A stretch of 64,000 nucleotides of DNA from an uncultured Anaerovibrio sp. (GTDB lineage Bacteria; Bacillota; Negativicutes; Selenomonadales; Selenomonadaceae). The notes under the pieces are model-generated. The model ran no database searches. It was not told where the DNA came from and was given only the letters and a program-made list of their open reading frames with translations. The stretch is from the NCBI RefSeq assembly GCF_902786545.1, contig NZ_CADACU010000001.1; one strand, written 5' to 3'. Numbering within the stretch: the stretch's first letter is position 1; every line of letters starts with the position of its first letter. This document shows positions 1 to 10,064 of the stretch, in pieces. The position numbers and the translations under genes are program-made.

Positions 1-2
1 AT

Positions 3-845
3 ATGATACCAATGAATTTTGCCACTCCGGAAAAACGAGGTAATTACATCCTCTCCGGCAGCTTTGCCAGCAAAGCCTGCAAGGAAGCCGAAATTCTTGG
101 ACGAGGATATGTGGCCGCCTCCAGCAAAGAGGTAGACTACAAGCACATACCAACCCAGGATGAAATCAAACTGAGCGATGACGCGGCTTATCTCCATGTG
201 TGCTACAACAATACCATTTACGGCACCGAATATCATTACATTCCGGAAACCGGCGATGTACCACTCATAGCTGATATGTCATCGGATATTTTGTCCCGGC
301 CGCTGGACTTTTCCAAATTTAGCTTTATTTATGCCGGTGTGCAGAAGAACCTGGGGCCAGCCGGAGTAGTGCTGGTAGTAGCCAAAAAATCCATGCTGGA
401 ACAGAGTCCATCTGACCTACCTACTATGCTGAGATATGATACCTTCTACAACAAGAATTCCCTTTACAATACCCCACCGGCTTTCTGTATTTATATGGTG
501 GGCAAGACGGCAAAGTGGCTTAAGGCCCAAGGTGGTCTTGAGGCCATAGCCAAGGTCAACAAAAAGAAAGCTGCGCTGGTCTATGATGCAATAGATAACA
601 GCAACGGCTTCTATCGAGGCCACGCCGACAAGGACAGCCGGTCCTTTATGAATGTGACCTTCCGGCTGCCTAGTGAGGATTTGGAAAAGAAATTTGCTGC
701 TGAGGCCCTGGAAAACGGTCTCAGCGGTGTGAAGGGCCATCGCAGTGTTGGCGGTATGCGTACCTCCATTTACAATGCTATGCCATATGAAGGCTGTGAA
801 AAGCTGGCTGACTTTATGACAAAATTCCAAAAAGCTAACGGTTGA
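3..845 (+). CDS. serC: Phosphoserine aminotransferase, C-terminal 280 aa (5' end outside window)
   Basis: ORF open to the window edge. Motifs GVQKNLGPAGV and KGHRSVGGMRTSIYNAMP are typical of SerC. Followed by a strong hairpin terminator. Confidence 0.9.
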   Translation: MIPMNFATPEKRGNYILSGSFASKACKEAEILGRGYVAASSKEVDYKHIPTQDEIKLSDDAAYLHVCYNNTIYGTEYHYIPETGDVPLIADMSSDILSRPLDFSKFSFIYAGVQKNLGPAGVVLVVAKKSMLEQSPSDLPTMLRYDTFYNKNSLYNTPPAFCIYMVGKTAKWLKAQGGLEAIAKVNKKKAALVYDAIDNSNGFYRGHADKDSRSFMNVTFRLPSEDLEKKFAAEALENGLSGVKGHRSVGGMRTSIYNAMPYEGCEKLADFMTKFQKANG

Positions 846-860
846 TTTTAAATAAAAAAA

Positions 861-891
861 GTGTGTGAGGCAGATGCTTCACACACTTTTT
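861..891. terminator. Bidirectional rho-independent terminator between convergent serC and the DUF4127-like gene
   Basis: GTGTGTGA / TCACACAC stem with a 10-nt loop, an A-run upstream and a T-run downstream. Confidence 0.7.
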
Positions 892-899
892 ATTTACAT

Positions 900-2594
900 T
901 CACTCCGCAGGGCGGATTCTGGCTTCAAACAGCCGATTCCATGGACTGGTAAGCCGTAAACTCTTTATAAAATCATTCTGAGGCAGATTTTTCTCGGCAA
1001 ATAACTGCAACAGGCTGGTAGCCCGCCACTCGATCTGGCTTTTGTTTTCACCTAAAACATTGTATACACCTGCGCCCTCAAACCAGGACAATTGTCTTGC
1101 CACCACCTGACGGACATTGGCCTGATAAGCCCAATCATCCATATACCGAATGGTCAGCAATCGGTTTTTATCAGTTTCCTTCATAGCTCTGGCCAAAACG
1201 CCCTGAGCCAGTGCAAAGCCCACGCTGTTGGTCGGCGTATTCCAGCCGGAATACGATTGCACTTCGTAAAGCAGATGTCGTCTGTTCAATTCCTCCATCA
1301 GGGCATTATCCGAACCATTTACAAAGGATACATCAGCTATCCCCACCGGATAGCCTTTTTTCAGGGCATCCTGCACCATATCAGCAAAGTATTTCACCCC
1401 AGGGCGCAGATTAGTACCGTTAATGTACCAGTTGGCCCCCATATTTTCCCCATTGGAATTGGTATTAACCAGCAACAGCAAATCAACCCGTTCTGGCGAC
1501 TCCGAATACCGGCCTCCTATGAGCTGTACATGGTCTTTTACGGTAGTATCAATAGGTTCATCCGAATAAGCAGGAATAATAATTTGACCATTTCCCCAAT
1601 TATATTGGGATGAAACCACCGGATAACTATCCCTTATGTCATTTACGGCTCTGGTCAACATCAACAAGCCCACTTCATCCAGGCCTGCCAAATTATGCAC
1701 ATGCTCTACGCCCAATTCACTGGCAAAAGCCTTTAAATGCCGACTTTCCATATGGGTCTGGGACCATCTGGCATTATCATCCCGACCTAAAACCAACCGT
1801 TCAAAAACATTTGATTTGGCTAATTTTAATAATTCTTTGTTGATATTATAATTCTTTTCCCGACGCCCCAACCAGTCCTTGATATATTCCTTCGGTATCA
1901 AGTCCTGCAAAAAAGCCCGCTCTTTTTCCTCCTGGAAAGATAACGGCTGCACATCAGCCATATCACTCAGCACCGTGTAGCGGAAAATATCCAGGCCATA
2001 GCGTCGATAATACTCCGGTTCCTCAGTACCGGAATGCTCCCCGGAGCTTGGAGTACGCATAATTGATGCGAAGACATATAATTTTGCCTCCGGATACTTC
2101 TCCTTGTACTGTGCAAACCGGGCCGTCCGTTTCTTCAGCGTATTTTCCGGAATATTATGCTTTCTTGAGCCTACCAAACTGCCATATATCATACTGTCCG
2201 ACGATATTACTATAGCCTTTATTTCCGGATTAAAAGCCTGCACAGGCTCCTTGGACTTATTTTTCTTTTTTTCTTCCTTGGTTGGCTTTCTAAAAATTGT
2301 TGTATTCGTTTCCAACCATTCCCACAGCTTGTCAGAATCTCCGAGATTTTCCCGGTTCCCCAACAGCTCTTCCGGCGGGATTATCAGCTCATAGCCCAAC
2401 TTACTGATAGTATCAGCCGGCATCTCATCCGATACCGGCCGATTATCCTGCGGAATAAATACGATTTTACCCTTGTTAAGGCTATTATTGTACAGTTCAG
2501 CCCGACTGCCGTGTTGACTCTTGGAGCCGGCCAGGGCTTCTCCGGTCATCAACAGACACAGCAGGCACATCCATAAAACAATAATCTTCTTCAT
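900..2594 (-). CDS. Secreted DUF4127-like protein (564 aa)
   Basis: N-terminal signal peptide (MKKIIVLWMCLLCLLMTGEALA). The KIVFIPQDNRPVS segment resembles the conserved PLDxRP start of DUF4127 proteins as I recall it. Long uninterrupted ORF. Confidence 0.5.
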   Translation of the reverse strand: MKKIIVLWMCLLCLLMTGEALAGSKSQHGSRAELYNNSLNKGKIVFIPQDNRPVSDEMPADTISKLGYELIIPPEELLGNRENLGDSDKLWEWLETNTTIFRKPTKEEKKKNKSKEPVQAFNPEIKAIVISSDSMIYGSLVGSRKHNIPENTLKKRTARFAQYKEKYPEAKLYVFASIMRTPSSGEHSGTEEPEYYRRYGLDIFRYTVLSDMADVQPLSFQEEKERAFLQDLIPKEYIKDWLGRREKNYNINKELLKLAKSNVFERLVLGRDDNARWSQTHMESRHLKAFASELGVEHVHNLAGLDEVGLLMLTRAVNDIRDSYPVVSSQYNWGNGQIIIPAYSDEPIDTTVKDHVQLIGGRYSESPERVDLLLLVNTNSNGENMGANWYINGTNLRPGVKYFADMVQDALKKGYPVGIADVSFVNGSDNALMEELNRRHLLYEVQSYSGWNTPTNSVGFALAQGVLARAMKETDKNRLLTIRYMDDWAYQANVRQVVARQLSWFEGAGVYNVLGENKSQIEWRATSLLQLFAEKNLPQNDFIKSLRLTSPWNRLFEARIRPAE

Positions 2595-2605
2595 ATTATC
2601 TCACA

Positions 2606-3283
2606 TTATCTTATTACAGCATTTATAATCATCTGTTTAATATCATCCGGCAAATCGACCTTAGTTTTAAATGTAATATAACCTTCATGGGGTGTAGCAG
2701 ACTCTATGCTGAACATATCCAGCAGCCGATGCCCATGCAGCTGGGTAGCCGCCAAATCGCTCTTTTCCAGTGTTTGTCTAAAATCCACCGTCACCCGGTT
2801 ACCATCTATCTTGGTTGGTAAATCATCGCTTAATACAATCTTTCCGAAAAGATTCTGCACCATGGACAGGGACAGGCGGGAAAAAAACCAGGAACCCAGC
2901 CCGTGGTCCTTCAAAGCCCTTTCCTTCACCCGATAAGTTATATAGGTGTTATTCTGGTTGTGAACCATTTCTTCAATATACCCGGATAACTCAATCCGGC
3001 CAATAGATTTAGTCGTAGCCTTGATTTCAATCCGACCGTTTTCATGAGAGGCAATCGCCACGCTGGTAATATTTCTGTCTTCGCCGGTGAGTCGTTCAGT
3101 CAAGGCATCATTTATCACTGAGTCAGGTACAGCAATGCTACCATTTAGAATATCCACCAAGGATTCATGGCTCCAGGTCTGCTGTACCACCCGTATTACC
3201 GGTTCATAATCCTCAATAGCCTGAGAAACCTGTCCCCAGTCTATATTGGCAGCTGCCTCTATTATCGCTGGTGGTAAATCCAT
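2606..3283 (-). CDS. Hypothetical protein (225 aa)
   Basis: Uninterrupted ORF spaced 11-14 nt from both co-directional neighbours. No motif recognised. Confidence 0.5.
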   Translation of the reverse strand: MDLPPAIIEAAANIDWGQVSQAIEDYEPVIRVVQQTWSHESLVDILNGSIAVPDSVINDALTERLTGEDRNITSVAIASHENGRIEIKATTKSIGRIELSGYIEEMVHNQNNTYITYRVKERALKDHGLGSWFFSRLSLSMVQNLFGKIVLSDDLPTKIDGNRVTVDFRQTLEKSDLAATQLHGHRLLDMFSIESATPHEGYITFKTKVDLPDDIKQMIINAVIR

Positions 3284-3297
3284 ACAAATCTCCTTGA

Positions 3298-4017
3298 TTA
3301 CTTTTTGCCTGTTGCCGCAGCTTTTTCCTCTTCAGCATTCTCCATTCGGATGTCCTGCCACAGCTTTCTGGCATCATAATACAGTTTATTATCAACCATT
3401 TTAAGCTCTTTATCGTTAATCAGCCTGCTAAGATATGATGCACACTGCTCCCGATTACCAACCCGATTAAAAAGGGTTGCCAGCAGATACATAACCATAT
3501 TATCAGTTAGGCTCTCAACCGGATACCGCTCGGTCATCAATGAGCGTTCATACAAATCAATAGCCTTCTTAGCCCATTCCATTTCCTCATCCTTCATTTC
3601 CATGAGGCGATAAATCCAAGACATACGCAATGTGAGTCCAGCCAAACGGGACAGAGGAGCATTTACGGCTTCAGCACAATAAATCGCCAACTGATACGAA
3701 GCCACCGCATCCGGCAAATTGCGCTCCGGAGAAAAAATGAACGAAACCCGTCTTTCCTTCAAAAATTGGGCCAATGCCGCCCGATGGCGGTCAGGCAAAA
3801 CGGTGAGGAAATGTTTCTCGTCAGCAGCATAACCACAATGCTCACAGGCCAAAATCGTATAAAAATACGGGTTAAAATCACGATAATGGCAGCAATAATC
3901 ATCATCGGTCCGCTGTATCATAAGCCGTGATTTAACTTTTACGATACGGGTGTTTTGTCCACACACCGGGCAAGGCTTTTCCACCACAAAAGTAAATTCG
4001 TTTGCCATATTTACCAT
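3298..4017 (-). CDS. DUF2225-like zinc-ribbon protein
   Basis: CPVCGQ ... CEHCGYAA zinc ribbon followed by a helical repeat C-terminus, the layout I recall for DUF2225. Confidence 0.65.
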   Translation of the reverse strand: MVNMANEFTFVVEKPCPVCGQNTRIVKVKSRLMIQRTDDDYCCHYRDFNPYFYTILACEHCGYAADEKHFLTVLPDRHRAALAQFLKERRVSFIFSPERNLPDAVASYQLAIYCAEAVNAPLSRLAGLTLRMSWIYRLMEMKDEEMEWAKKAIDLYERSLMTERYPVESLTDNMVMYLLATLFNRVGNREQCASYLSRLINDKELKMVDNKLYYDARKLWQDIRMENAEEEKAAATGKK

Positions 4018-4054
4018 CCTTCTTTTCGTATCTCTTCAAAAGAGAACTTATACA

Positions 4055-4675
4055 TCACTCATTAGCTGCACTCTTACCAGCCTTTTTTTTGGCTTTATAT
4101 TCTGTTTGAGCTTTTTCCAGCTTCGCTATTGAATTAGCATCCAGTTTACTGTTCACCCGCTTGGCCAGATCCACCTGATGACTCATACCATAATCCAAAA
4201 TCGCCACATAAAATTTATAGGCAAAACTTTGATGGGACAACTCCTCAAGCTTGATCTCCTGCTCGGCGGGATCCTGCTCAATAACAGTGAATGTATAGTC
4301 CAGATAATCCGTGTTCTGTACTTTAACCGTCTTGGCCTTAATGTCGAACTTCAGATATTCGGCCACTCCAGCCAGTTGGTTGAACCCCTCAACAGATTTG
4401 CCGTTCCACCGGCGCTTGGAAATAACATCGTGGACCATCAATTCATCATATACCTTCAAAACTGGTGCAATAATAATATTGGTATCCACTTCACCTCTGG
4501 CGTTACTCCCAAAGTGAATCTGTTGGCGATTGAAATAATAATCCATTCGTGAAGATGATTGAACCCACTCAAACACCTCCGCCGGGATTTCCTCCAACTC
4601 AGGGGATGCCGCACTTACCATGCTTCCTCCCAAGCTGCAAATCAAAATAGAAAAAATAACTAATAACTTCTTCAT
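4055..4675 (-). CDS. Secreted hypothetical protein (206 aa) with Lys-rich tail
   Basis: Signal peptide MKKLLVIFSILICSLGGSMVSA. ORF in an operon-like array. Confidence 0.6.
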   Translation of the reverse strand: MKKLLVIFSILICSLGGSMVSAASPELEEIPAEVFEWVQSSSRMDYYFNRQQIHFGSNARGEVDTNIIIAPVLKVYDELMVHDVISKRRWNGKSVEGFNQLAGVAEYLKFDIKAKTVKVQNTDYLDYTFTVIEQDPAEQEIKLEELSHQSFAYKFYVAILDYGMSHQVDLAKRVNSKLDANSIAKLEKAQTEYKAKKKAGKSAANE

Positions 4676-4756
4676 AAATAAAATTCCTCCAAAACCATTC
4701 TTTTCAAAAGTTTATTCTATCCTTCTATGATGAAAAACTAATGAAAATTCCCCATA

Positions 4757-5698
4757 TCAGTCATTATCATCTGAACGGTACAGGGCATCCAGTTCATATG
4801 GAGTTTCCTGATAAACATAATAATTCAACCAGTTGGTAAACAGGAGATTGGCCACTGAACGCCATCTCATAATCGGGCGCCTGGACGGATCATCATTGGG
4901 ATAATAATTCTTTGGCAAATTAACATCGGCCATACCCGCTGCCATATCCCGGTCGTATTCGGCCTTTAATGATAATGGATCATATTCGGCGTGGCCGGTA
5001 ATGAAAAACTGCCGCTTGGCCAGATTGGCAATCACATAAACTCCGGCCTCACTGTCCGACTCCGCCAGAATATCAAGACAATGAATTTTTTCTATATCCT
5101 CCCGCCGAATCTCCGTGTGCCGGGAATGGGGTACAAAAAATTCATCATCAAAGCCCCGGAAAAGCCGCTCATTTTCCACGCAAAGATGATGCCTATACAC
5201 GCCAAAAATCTTCGGTGCCACATCATACTTCTTTATCCCATAATGATAATACAGTCCTGCCTGCGCCCCCCAGCAAATATGAAAAGTTGAATACACATGG
5301 GACTTGCTCCATTCCATTATCTCCGTTATCTCGTCCCAGTATGTCACCTCCTCAAAAGGCATCCGTTCCACTGGTGCACCGGTAATAATAAAACCATCAT
5401 ATTTCTTATGGCGTACCTCTGCAAATGTTCCATAAAACTCGGTTAAATAATCCATAGATGTATGAGTAGGAACATAGGATTCTGTATATATAAAATCCAC
5501 CTCGACCTGCAAAGGCGTGTTGCCCAACAGCCTCAGCAACTGGGTTTCTGTAGTCTGTTTCATGGGCATCAAATTTAAAATCAAGATTTTTAATGGACGG
5601 ATATCCTGGCTATAGGCCCGATCCGAATCCATCACGAATATATTTTCACCCTCCAGAATTTTCGTTGCCGGAAGGTTATTTGGTATCTTAATTGGCAC
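4757..5698 (-). CDS. metA: Homoserine O-acyltransferase (MetA family)
   Basis: N-terminus [11 protein letters not shown]..., full-length 313 aa, and a [18 protein letters not shown] core typical of MetA. Confidence 0.9.
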   Translation of the reverse strand: MPIKIPNNLPATKILEGENIFVMDSDRAYSQDIRPLKILILNLMPMKQTTETQLLRLLGNTPLQVEVDFIYTESYVPTHTSMDYLTEFYGTFAEVRHKKYDGFIITGAPVERMPFEEVTYWDEITEIMEWSKSHVYSTFHICWGAQAGLYYHYGIKKYDVAPKIFGVYRHHLCVENERLFRGFDDEFFVPHSRHTEIRREDIEKIHCLDILAESDSEAGVYVIANLAKRQFFITGHAEYDPLSLKAEYDRDMAAGMADVNLPKNYYPNDDPSRRPIMRWRSVANLLFTNWLNYYVYQETPYELDALYRSDDND

Positions 5699-5726
5699 AA
5701 AATCACCTCAAGGGATATGATATAGC

Positions 5727-6608
5727 TTATTTATTTGTATCCAAGCTATATCTTTTTACCCAGCTTTCATGGTCTCCCTCATAAACTCTGAGTACTTTAA
5801 GAGTCTTCTCACTGTTTGACTCCTTTGCGATGGCAGAATACATGCCATCAGTGGTATCGGTGATATCTTTCCACCCATTATCAGGGGTCCAATTAAGCAC
5901 TCGAATCACCTTTTCTGTATACTGGGGAATGTTTACCGCCTTTTTCTGGAAGACTATCTTAGTGACAGCATCGCTGGCGTTCTTTATCTCCTGCCATTCC
6001 CAGAATATCATATTCTCACCTTTCAGGCGCATGGTAGTGGTATCAGCCATAGCATAAGTTACGCCGCCATCCCGGTTTGACTCCTGCCAAAGGGACAGCC
6101 AGCGGTCATCGGCCTGACGCCGTTCATTTTCTCCCAACCCGAATATCGTATCAACGATAAAGCAGTAAAAGTCCTCATCAAATTCCTGGGAATTCATTTC
6201 TTTAGGACGCAGCGGGCTGTAAGTTTTTTCCCACACCTTTTCATCAGCCTTATTGAAAAATGTTTCATTAACATAGGCCAAAGTCCGGTTCTGAGGATTT
6301 ACCTCCACCTCGGCCACACTATAAGACAAATCACCCGGCTTGATGTCAGTCAAACCATAATTTTCCAGTGTTTCCTTGGCGCCGGCAAAACTATAGTTGG
6401 TTTTGGTCCAGGCACTTATCTGCACTGCCATCCTGCCAAACGACTTAGTCACCTGTACTTTGGCCGGTGCAAAAAATTTGCTGTATTTATCATCAGAGGA
6501 AATCCAGTACCACTCCGCATTATTATTGGCCGCCATGCAGGCTGACATCATCAGCAAAAAACTGCATACACAGACAAATCCAAATATCAATCGGCGTAAC
6601 AATTTCAT
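5727..6608 (-). CDS. Secreted hypothetical protein (about 293 aa)
   Basis: The tracked ORF runs to 6824, but the internal ATG at 6608 gives a classic signal peptide (MKLLRRLIFGFVCVCSFLLMMSACMA). That start also removes the overlap with the divergent gene and its promoter. Confidence 0.6.
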   Translation of the reverse strand: MKLLRRLIFGFVCVCSFLLMMSACMAANNNAEWYWISSDDKYSKFFAPAKVQVTKSFGRMAVQISAWTKTNYSFAGAKETLENYGLTDIKPGDLSYSVAEVEVNPQNRTLAYVNETFFNKADEKVWEKTYSPLRPKEMNSQEFDEDFYCFIVDTIFGLGENERRQADDRWLSLWQESNRDGGVTYAMADTTTMRLKGENMIFWEWQEIKNASDAVTKIVFQKKAVNIPQYTEKVIRVLNWTPDNGWKDITDTTDGMYSAIAKESNSEKTLKVLRVYEGDHESWVKRYSLDTNK

Positions 6609-6714
6609 CACTCCCACAAATAATTTGCAAATCAAAAGTAAGAAACAATTCGTCAACTTATATATTAACATAAAAAGAAGAATATTTACACCTAATAAGG
6701 CAAAAAGTATATCC

Positions 6715-6743
6715 TTGAGCGTAATAACGGTATATGCTACAAT
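6715..6743 (+). promoter_or_regulatory. Sigma-70-type promoter TTGAGC-N17-TACAAT with TG extended -10
   Basis: Hexamers read directly. The AGGAGGA RBS at 6754-6760 precedes the ATG at 6768. Confidence 0.5.
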
Positions 6744-6767
6744 GCCCATATACAGGAGGACTATATT

Positions 6768-7331
6768 ATGACTTACACAAATTTTCAGGTAGGAGAAAAA
6801 TTCCCTCTGCCCATAAAAAACCAAGGTGATGGTGGCATGTTCCAGATAGATGCCAACGGCTGTATGTTTATTCTGCAGTTGAGCCGAACTGATATCATTG
6901 CAGTGGAAGCCTTCCGTACCGGAGCCATGGAGCTGGCCCTATACGAGGAGGACGGGTTGCTGTTTTTCCTCTACAAAATTGATGGAATATTTAAGGACGG
7001 ATGGGGAGATTCACCTTTGGGGCTGCACCTGCTGCCACCGGGTATGAAGCCATGCATTGCTGATTTGGATGACCCGGTTCTACATCTCTATCTGGTGGAT
7101 ACCAATTTACAAATATTGCTGGCCCAGCGTACAGTAAGCCTTACTCCGGAATTCCATCAGCTGCTGCAGAAAAAGGTGCAGGAGCAGCTGGAAAGCAGTT
7201 TATCCCCCGGGGCTTTTGTCAACAAGCTGCAGGACATATGGAAACGAAACACCTCCAAGGACATGAGCGAAAAAGCTCTGGCCAAACAAAAAGTTGAGCT
7301 TGATATCCCGGCCCCACCAACATTAAACTAA
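6768..7331 (+). CDS. Hypothetical protein (187 aa)
   Basis: Good RBS and promoter upstream, terminator downstream. No motif recognised. Confidence 0.55.
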   Translation: MTYTNFQVGEKFPLPIKNQGDGGMFQIDANGCMFILQLSRTDIIAVEAFRTGAMELALYEEDGLLFFLYKIDGIFKDGWGDSPLGLHLLPPGMKPCIADLDDPVLHLYLVDTNLQILLAQRTVSLTPEFHQLLQKKVQEQLESSLSPGAFVNKLQDIWKRNTSKDMSEKALAKQKVELDIPAPPTLN

Positions 7332-7335
7332 AAAA

Positions 7336-7376
7336 GGCAGGAAATAGGATCACAAAATCCTATCTCCTGCCTTTTT
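7336..7376. terminator. Bidirectional rho-independent terminator
   Basis: 15-bp stem GGCAGGAAATAGGAT / ATCCTATCTCCTGCC with one mismatch, flanked by an A-run and a T-run, between convergent genes. Confidence 0.7.
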
Positions 7377-7382
7377 CCTGTT

Positions 7383-8234
7383 TTAATCCAAATCCACCAT
7401 AGTCCGCTGCCGCTTATTAAAGGTTACCCCCTGGGTATATCCATAGCATTTAACATAGTCGATGGCATCACCGATATAACTGCCACAGTCCTCCGGCTTA
7501 TGGGCATCCGAACTGGTAATGATTGGCAATCCGGCCTCCGAGGCCAGCTTCATAAACTTGTAGTATGGGGTTATCTCAGCAATCGGATAACGATACACTG
7601 TCCCGGTATTTACATCCACGCACATATTAGCCTTTTTCAGAGCGGCTATGGCCCGTTTCAGATATGGCGTTGCATCAAAGTCCGGAATCATCCGATACAG
7701 GCGAATATTGTAGGGATGTCCCAACACATCATAGAGGCCACTGGCTACCATATGTTCAATTTCCTGGGTATAAGCCTCATAAATTTCATCCAGGGTGTGA
7801 TTATCCCATTCTGCCTTTATTTCCTCTGAATCATAAGCCCAGCCCCGAATGAAATGAATCGAACCGATGATATAGTCAAAATCATAGCCCTTTAAAATTT
7901 CCGCTACTTGCTCCTGATTTTGGAAATTACATACCTCAATACCGACTTTAGCCGTATATCCGGCTGATTTTAGCTTCTCCATAAATTCAAAATACTCATC
8001 CAATGTATATTTGAACTTATTCTTTTTGAGCCACTGCTGCTGAAACTTTCCCACAAAGGACTCATCCAAGATTAAATCATCATAATACAGCTGTTTGAAT
8101 TCCGGAAAGGTATGGCTATGCTCCGTAATACCGATTTCAGTCAAGCCACGCTTGGCTGCTGCTTCAAAAAAGCCCTTAGCCCAGTCCACATCATAAGAAC
8201 CTTTTTCAAAGTGCATATGATAATCGTATCTCAT
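7383..8234 (-). CDS. PHP-domain histidinol-phosphatase family protein (HisJ/HisK type)
   Basis: YDYHMHF..TEHSH..SIHF..GHP..SSDAH metal-ligand pattern of the PHP family. Start moved to the ATG at 8234, which has a GAGAGGG RBS. Confidence 0.75.
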   Translation of the reverse strand: MRYDYHMHFEKGSYDVDWAKGFFEAAAKRGLTEIGITEHSHTFPEFKQLYYDDLILDESFVGKFQQQWLKKNKFKYTLDEYFEFMEKLKSAGYTAKVGIEVCNFQNQEQVAEILKGYDFDYIIGSIHFIRGWAYDSEEIKAEWDNHTLDEIYEAYTQEIEHMVASGLYDVLGHPYNIRLYRMIPDFDATPYLKRAIAALKKANMCVDVNTGTVYRYPIAEITPYYKFMKLASEAGLPIITSSDAHKPEDCGSYIGDAIDYVKCYGYTQGVTFNKRQRTMVDLD

Positions 8235-8266
8235 AATTTTACCCTCTCTTTCCTTCAAATCAACTG

Positions 8267-9067
8267 TCAAATAAGCCCCTGACGCATAAATTCCTTTATC
8301 TGATACATTACCCCATATTCGGCATTGGTTTTGGTAACAAACCGGGCCGCCGCCTTAATCTCTGGATAGGCGTTACCCATGGCGTAGCTGTAATACACCG
8401 CCTGCATCATTTCAAAATCATTCATATAGTCCCCAAAGGCTGCACATTCCTCCGGTTTAAAGCCAAACCTTTTCTGTACCTCTTTGATGGCCCATCCCTT
8501 ATTGGTGCCGGGATTAAGAATATCCACCCAGTAATTACCGCTAAGGCACACCTGCAAATCCGGCGAAAACTTCTCCATCACCGGCAATATGTTGTGCTCG
8601 GCATCTCCCCGCTGACAATCACAAATGGCAATTTTGATGAACTCATCATCCACAGTCTCAAAATCATCCACAATAATACTGTGAGTGAAAAATCGACGGG
8701 CTTCCCCAATATATGGTCGCCATTCCTCCCGCACATAGGCATTTTTCTTGCCACATAATATTGGATAAATGCCCGGTGTGGCATCCGCTGCGGCTATTAC
8801 CTTACGAATATGATCCATCGGCATAGGACTGGAACAGATTTCCTCGTCATTATACACGCTAAAGGAGCCGTTTTCCGCCAAAAACATAAATTCATCCTTG
8901 TATTGCGCCATTTGTTCAATCAAGGCAAAATACTGCCGGCCACTGGTTGGAGCAAAAATCACGCCCCGACGCTTCAACTCTCCCATGACTTCGTCAAAGT
9001 TCGGTGGCAGATGCCCCTGGTCATCTAACAGGGTTCCATCCATATCCGAAAAAATAATTTTAATCAT
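8267..9067 (-). CDS. Cof-type HAD-IIB phosphatase
   Basis: IIFSDMDGTLLDD motif I and GDYMNDFEM motif IV. Start moved to the ATG at 9067 (MIKIIFSDMDG); the longer tracked ORF overlaps the upstream gene. Confidence 0.8.
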   Translation of the reverse strand: MIKIIFSDMDGTLLDDQGHLPPNFDEVMGELKRRGVIFAPTSGRQYFALIEQMAQYKDEFMFLAENGSFSVYNDEEICSSPMPMDHIRKVIAAADATPGIYPILCGKKNAYVREEWRPYIGEARRFFTHSIIVDDFETVDDEFIKIAICDCQRGDAEHNILPVMEKFSPDLQVCLSGNYWVDILNPGTNKGWAIKEVQKRFGFKPEECAAFGDYMNDFEMMQAVYYSYAMGNAYPEIKAAARFVTKTNAEYGVMYQIKEFMRQGLI

Positions 9068-9071
9068 AAAA

Positions 9072-10064
9072 TCATCCTTTGCGCCCGTGATAAAGGCACC
9101 ATGGCTCCTCGGCCATATAATCACCATCGTTGTAAAAGGCCGCTCTGGCCCGGCAGCCACCGCAGGCCCCCTTGTATTCACAGGCACCGCAGCCATCCTT
9201 ATAGTCCAAAGTACGCAAGGTCTTCAGTACTTCATTATTCTGCCATATTTCATCAAATGGTGTTTTTCGCACATCCCCTAATTCCATATTGAGATAAGCG
9301 CAAGGCTGTACCTTGCCCCGGGGGCTAATAATACAGTAAGCCGTTCCCGCCAGACAGCCCCGCCGGAATCGGGTTTTTATCCCCATCTGGTCCGCAATCC
9401 GCATAAACTGCGGAGCACAGGTTGGCTTCAATTCAATGTCCACCTGCTGTTGTTTTTTCATAATCCGGGTAAGGGTATCCTCGTACTGCTCGGCCCGTAA
9501 TGACTCTGCTTCAATGGACTTAGCCCGGCCGGTTGGTACCAAAAAGAAAAAATGATGGGCCACCGCACCCTTTTCCACTGCAAAATCCGTAATAGACTCC
9601 AGCTCAGCGTTATTCCAATCCATTACCGTAGTATGAATCTGGAATGGCAAACCGGCCTTCCGACAATTATCCATGCCCCGGACGGCACCTTCCCATGCCC
9701 CTGGAAATTTACGGAATTCATTGTGCTTAGCCTTATCCAGGGAATCGAGAGAAATCCCCATTCCCATAGCACCGGCCGCCTTTAATTTTTCCGCCATTTC
9801 CATAGTAATCAATGTCCCGTTGGTGCCAAATACCGGCCGCAGTCCTAACTTAGTGGCATAAGCCACCAGCTCCACAATATCCGGTCGCATTAGAGGCTCA
9901 CCACCGGAAAAAATCATTATTTTGAATCTGGCCCTGGCTATCTGCTCCAATAGAGTTTTGGCCTCCTGGGTGGACAGCTCCTCTTCAGCCTTGCAGCCGG
10001 CCTCACGGTAGCAGTGATCACAATACATATTGCAGGCATTGGTTACATTCCATGAAACTATCAT
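9072..10064 (-). CDS. Radical SAM/SPASM enzyme, NirJ2/AhbD-like
   Basis: CNMYCDHCY radical SAM cluster motif near the N-terminus and a C-terminal Cys-rich CGACEYKGACGGCRARA SPASM motif. 1-nt stop/start overlap with the upstream paralog. Confidence 0.6.
   Translation of the reverse strand: MIVSWNVTNACNMYCDHCYREAGCKAEEELSTQEAKTLLEQIARARFKIMIFSGGEPLMRPDIVELVAYATKLGLRPVFGTNGTLITMEMAEKLKAAGAMGMGISLDSLDKAKHNEFRKFPGAWEGAVRGMDNCRKAGLPFQIHTTVMDWNNAELESITDFAVEKGAVAHHFFFLVPTGRAKSIEAESLRAEQYEDTLTRIMKKQQQVDIELKPTCAPQFMRIADQMGIKTRFRRGCLAGTAYCIISPRGKVQPCAYLNMELGDVRKTPFDEIWQNNEVLKTLRTLDYKDGCGACEYKGACGGCRARAAFYNDGDYMAEEPWCLYHGRKG

Noticed and set aside
5699-5726. SAM riboswitch or T-box leader upstream of metA.
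   Set aside because: The intergenic gap is only 28 nt, far too short for either element.
6609-6824. N-terminal 72-aa extension of the 5727-6824 ORF.
   Set aside because: The extension overlaps the divergent promoter, RBS and start of the 6768 gene. The internal ATG at 6608 yields a canonical signal peptide.
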